From NCBI GenBank assembly GCA_001791645.1, contig MGFA01000021.1, positions 1-61,450 on the forward strand: DNA of 61,450 nt. Direction: 5' to 3'. Numbering within the stretch: position 1 is the first letter of the stretch; each line of letters starts with the position of its first letter. The stretch comes from Candidatus Uhrbacteria bacterium RIFOXYB12_FULL_58_10. Lineage in GTDB: Bacteria > Patescibacteriota > Patescibacteriia > UBA9934 > GWF2-40-263. Below, piece after piece: positions 60,019 through 61,450 of this stretch. The notes under the pieces are model-generated. The model was given only the letters and a program-made list of their open reading frames with translations, did no database searches and was not told the origin of the DNA. The position numbers and the translations under genes are program-made.

Positions 60019-61011
60019 CTAGGAAGCGCGGGAGATGGGAAGCGTAATGACGACCCTCGTTCCTTTGTCAGGAACGCTCTGTATATCAATCTTGCCACGG
60101 TGGGCGCGTATCACAGCGTTGGCAATCGACAAGCCGAGCCCGCTGCCGCCAGTTCCGCGAGAACGACTCTTTTCTGCTCGATAGAAACGATCAAATACAT
60201 GCGCAATGTCTTCAGGTTTCATGCCAATGCCCGTGTCTTCGATTTCAATAATGGCTTGTGACTGTTCTTTTGAAAGACGAAATTCGATGCTCCCACCGGA
60301 TTTGTTGTAGCAAACTGCGTTCTTGAGAATATTGGCAATGGCCTGCGAGAGCATCTGCCTGTCGCCAAAGACGGTGACACCAGCATCGGCGTTCATGAAG
60401 CAATCGATATTGATGTCGTTTTTTGCCGCAAGTTCTGTAAATCGTTCAGCGGTTTCCCGAAGGAGCGATGCGAGTTCGATCTTTTCTTTGTTTTGAATGT
60501 TGATGTTGCGCTCCGCAAAATAGGAAAGTTGCAGCAAGTCCTCCACAAGTTGGGTCATGCGGTGTACCTCTTCAAGATGACTTTTAATTTTCTTTTCTTC
60601 TTTCGTGTCTTTATTTCTTCGCAATTGGCTTTCCAGTCCTGTTTGCAAAATGGCCAATGGGGTACGAAGCTCGTGCGAAGCATCGCCTAAAAATTGGCGT
60701 TGACGCTGATAGGCAGACCGAATCGGGCGAAGTGTTAGCCCCGCAAGGCCGTAACTGAGTAGCGCGGCGACAATAAGCAGCACGCCATTCACCATGAAAA
60801 TCGTGCTTTGAAAATCCTCCTGAATGTTGCGCATGTCTGGTCCCGGTGGCGGTAGGCGTTCTGTAACTTCTTGTCCCGAAGTCGACTCGTCAAATCGTGC
60901 ACGCAGACGCTCCGAAAAAATAGAGCGACTGATTCCGCTCGAAGAAGCCAAAATACCCGCAAGAATCGCCACATACACGATGGTGAGGACGATTCTTGTT
61001 TTGACGAACAT
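60019..61011 (-). CDS. Sensor histidine kinase
   Basis: Two TM helices, ASHELRTPL, N box, DTGIG, FDRFYR, GSGLGL. Confidence 0.95.
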   Translation of the reverse strand: MFVKTRIVLTIVYVAILAGILASSSGISRSIFSERLRARFDESTSGQEVTERLPPPGPDMRNIQEDFQSTIFMVNGVLLIVAALLSYGLAGLTLRPIRSAYQRQRQFLGDASHELRTPLAILQTGLESQLRRNKDTKEEKKIKSHLEEVHRMTQLVEDLLQLSYFAERNINIQNKEKIELASLLRETAERFTELAAKNDINIDCFMNADAGVTVFGDRQMLSQAIANILKNAVCYNKSGGSIEFRLSKEQSQAIIEIEDTGIGMKPEDIAHVFDRFYRAEKSRSRGTGGSGLGLSIANAVIRAHRGKIDIQSVPDKGTRVVITLPISRAS

Positions 61012-61015
61012 GAGG

Positions 61016-61450
61016 CTAGACGAGTCGGTAGCCTTTGCCCCAAACGGTTTCAATACGTTGCGCATATTCTTTTGGTAATTTCTTACGCAAATTCTTTACA
61101 TGGACGTTGACGACGTTACTGAATTCGTCATGAAATCTGTCCCACACGTGGGAAAGGATATCTTCCCGCGTGACGACAGCTCCACGATTACGCAGGAGAA
61201 GTTCCAGCAAGCCGAATTCCCGAAGCGTGACATCAAGCTTTTTCTTTTTTATCCAGACTTGCTGCGAACGGGTATCTAAACGCAAGTCATCGAGCTCAAG
61301 AACGTCTCCGGTTAGCTGCGGCGTTCGTCGAAGCACGGTACGCATGCGGGCAAGGAGCTCGTCGAAAGAAAAAGGCTTTACGAGATAATCATCTCCGCCG
61401 ATGTTGAGTCCCGCGATCTTGTCCTCTGTGGTATCGCGAGCAGTAAGAAA
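61016..61450 (-). CDS. OmpR-family response regulator (5' end beyond the window)
   Basis: LTARD...GGDDYLVKPF, REFGLL, NVVNVHVKNLRKK, ETVWGKGY. Confidence 0.93.
   Translation of the reverse strand, partial: FLTARDTTEDKIAGLNIGGDDYLVKPFSFDELLARMRTVLRRTPQLTGDVLELDDLRLDTRSQQVWIKKKKLDVTLREFGLLELLLRNRGAVVTREDILSHVWDRFHDEFSNVVNVHVKNLRKKLPKEYAQRIETVWGKGYRLV

Overview
Bacterial chromosome segment read in the standard code (TGA is a stop). The gene content and style suggest a Patescibacteria/CPR genome; this is inference. Most of 3.4-46 kb is GC-rich housekeeping backbone: dusB, a beta-CASP RNase, lepA-recJ-rnhA, pilM/pilin/prepilin peptidase, ligA-gatC-gatA-lgt, dnaG-rpoD, rarA, a DEAD-box helicase, ABC-F, a GreA/GreB factor, corA, a pseudouridine synthase and recQ, with orphan genes interspersed. 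There are three tRNA genes, each with accessory DNA at its 3' side. tRNA-Gln(CTG) adjoins a decayed serine-recombinase/IS region. tRNA-Ser(GGA) is followed by a REP-like palindrome cluster. tRNA-Asn(GTT) is split inside its anticodon (35/36) by a 468-nt group I intron carrying an internally deleted HNH ORF. After tRNA-Asn lies an AT-richer island divided by three related repeats. Module 1 is bounded by 105-bp direct repeats and holds a PD-(D/E)xK nuclease convergent with a full-length LexA repressor fused in frame to a beta-class DNA methyltransferase, plus a small HTH protein and a trypsin-like protease. It is the best candidate for an undescribed SOS-coupled restriction-modification/defence system. 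Module 2 holds an aldo-keto reductase, a membrane protein, a nucleotidyltransferase and two Fic proteins. The window ends with a MacAB-type ABC exporter and a two-component system. Other oddities are a P-type ATPase broken by one in-frame TAA and a membrane-anchored Clp ATPase with only the first AAA+ module. All coordinates were read by eye and no database searches were run.
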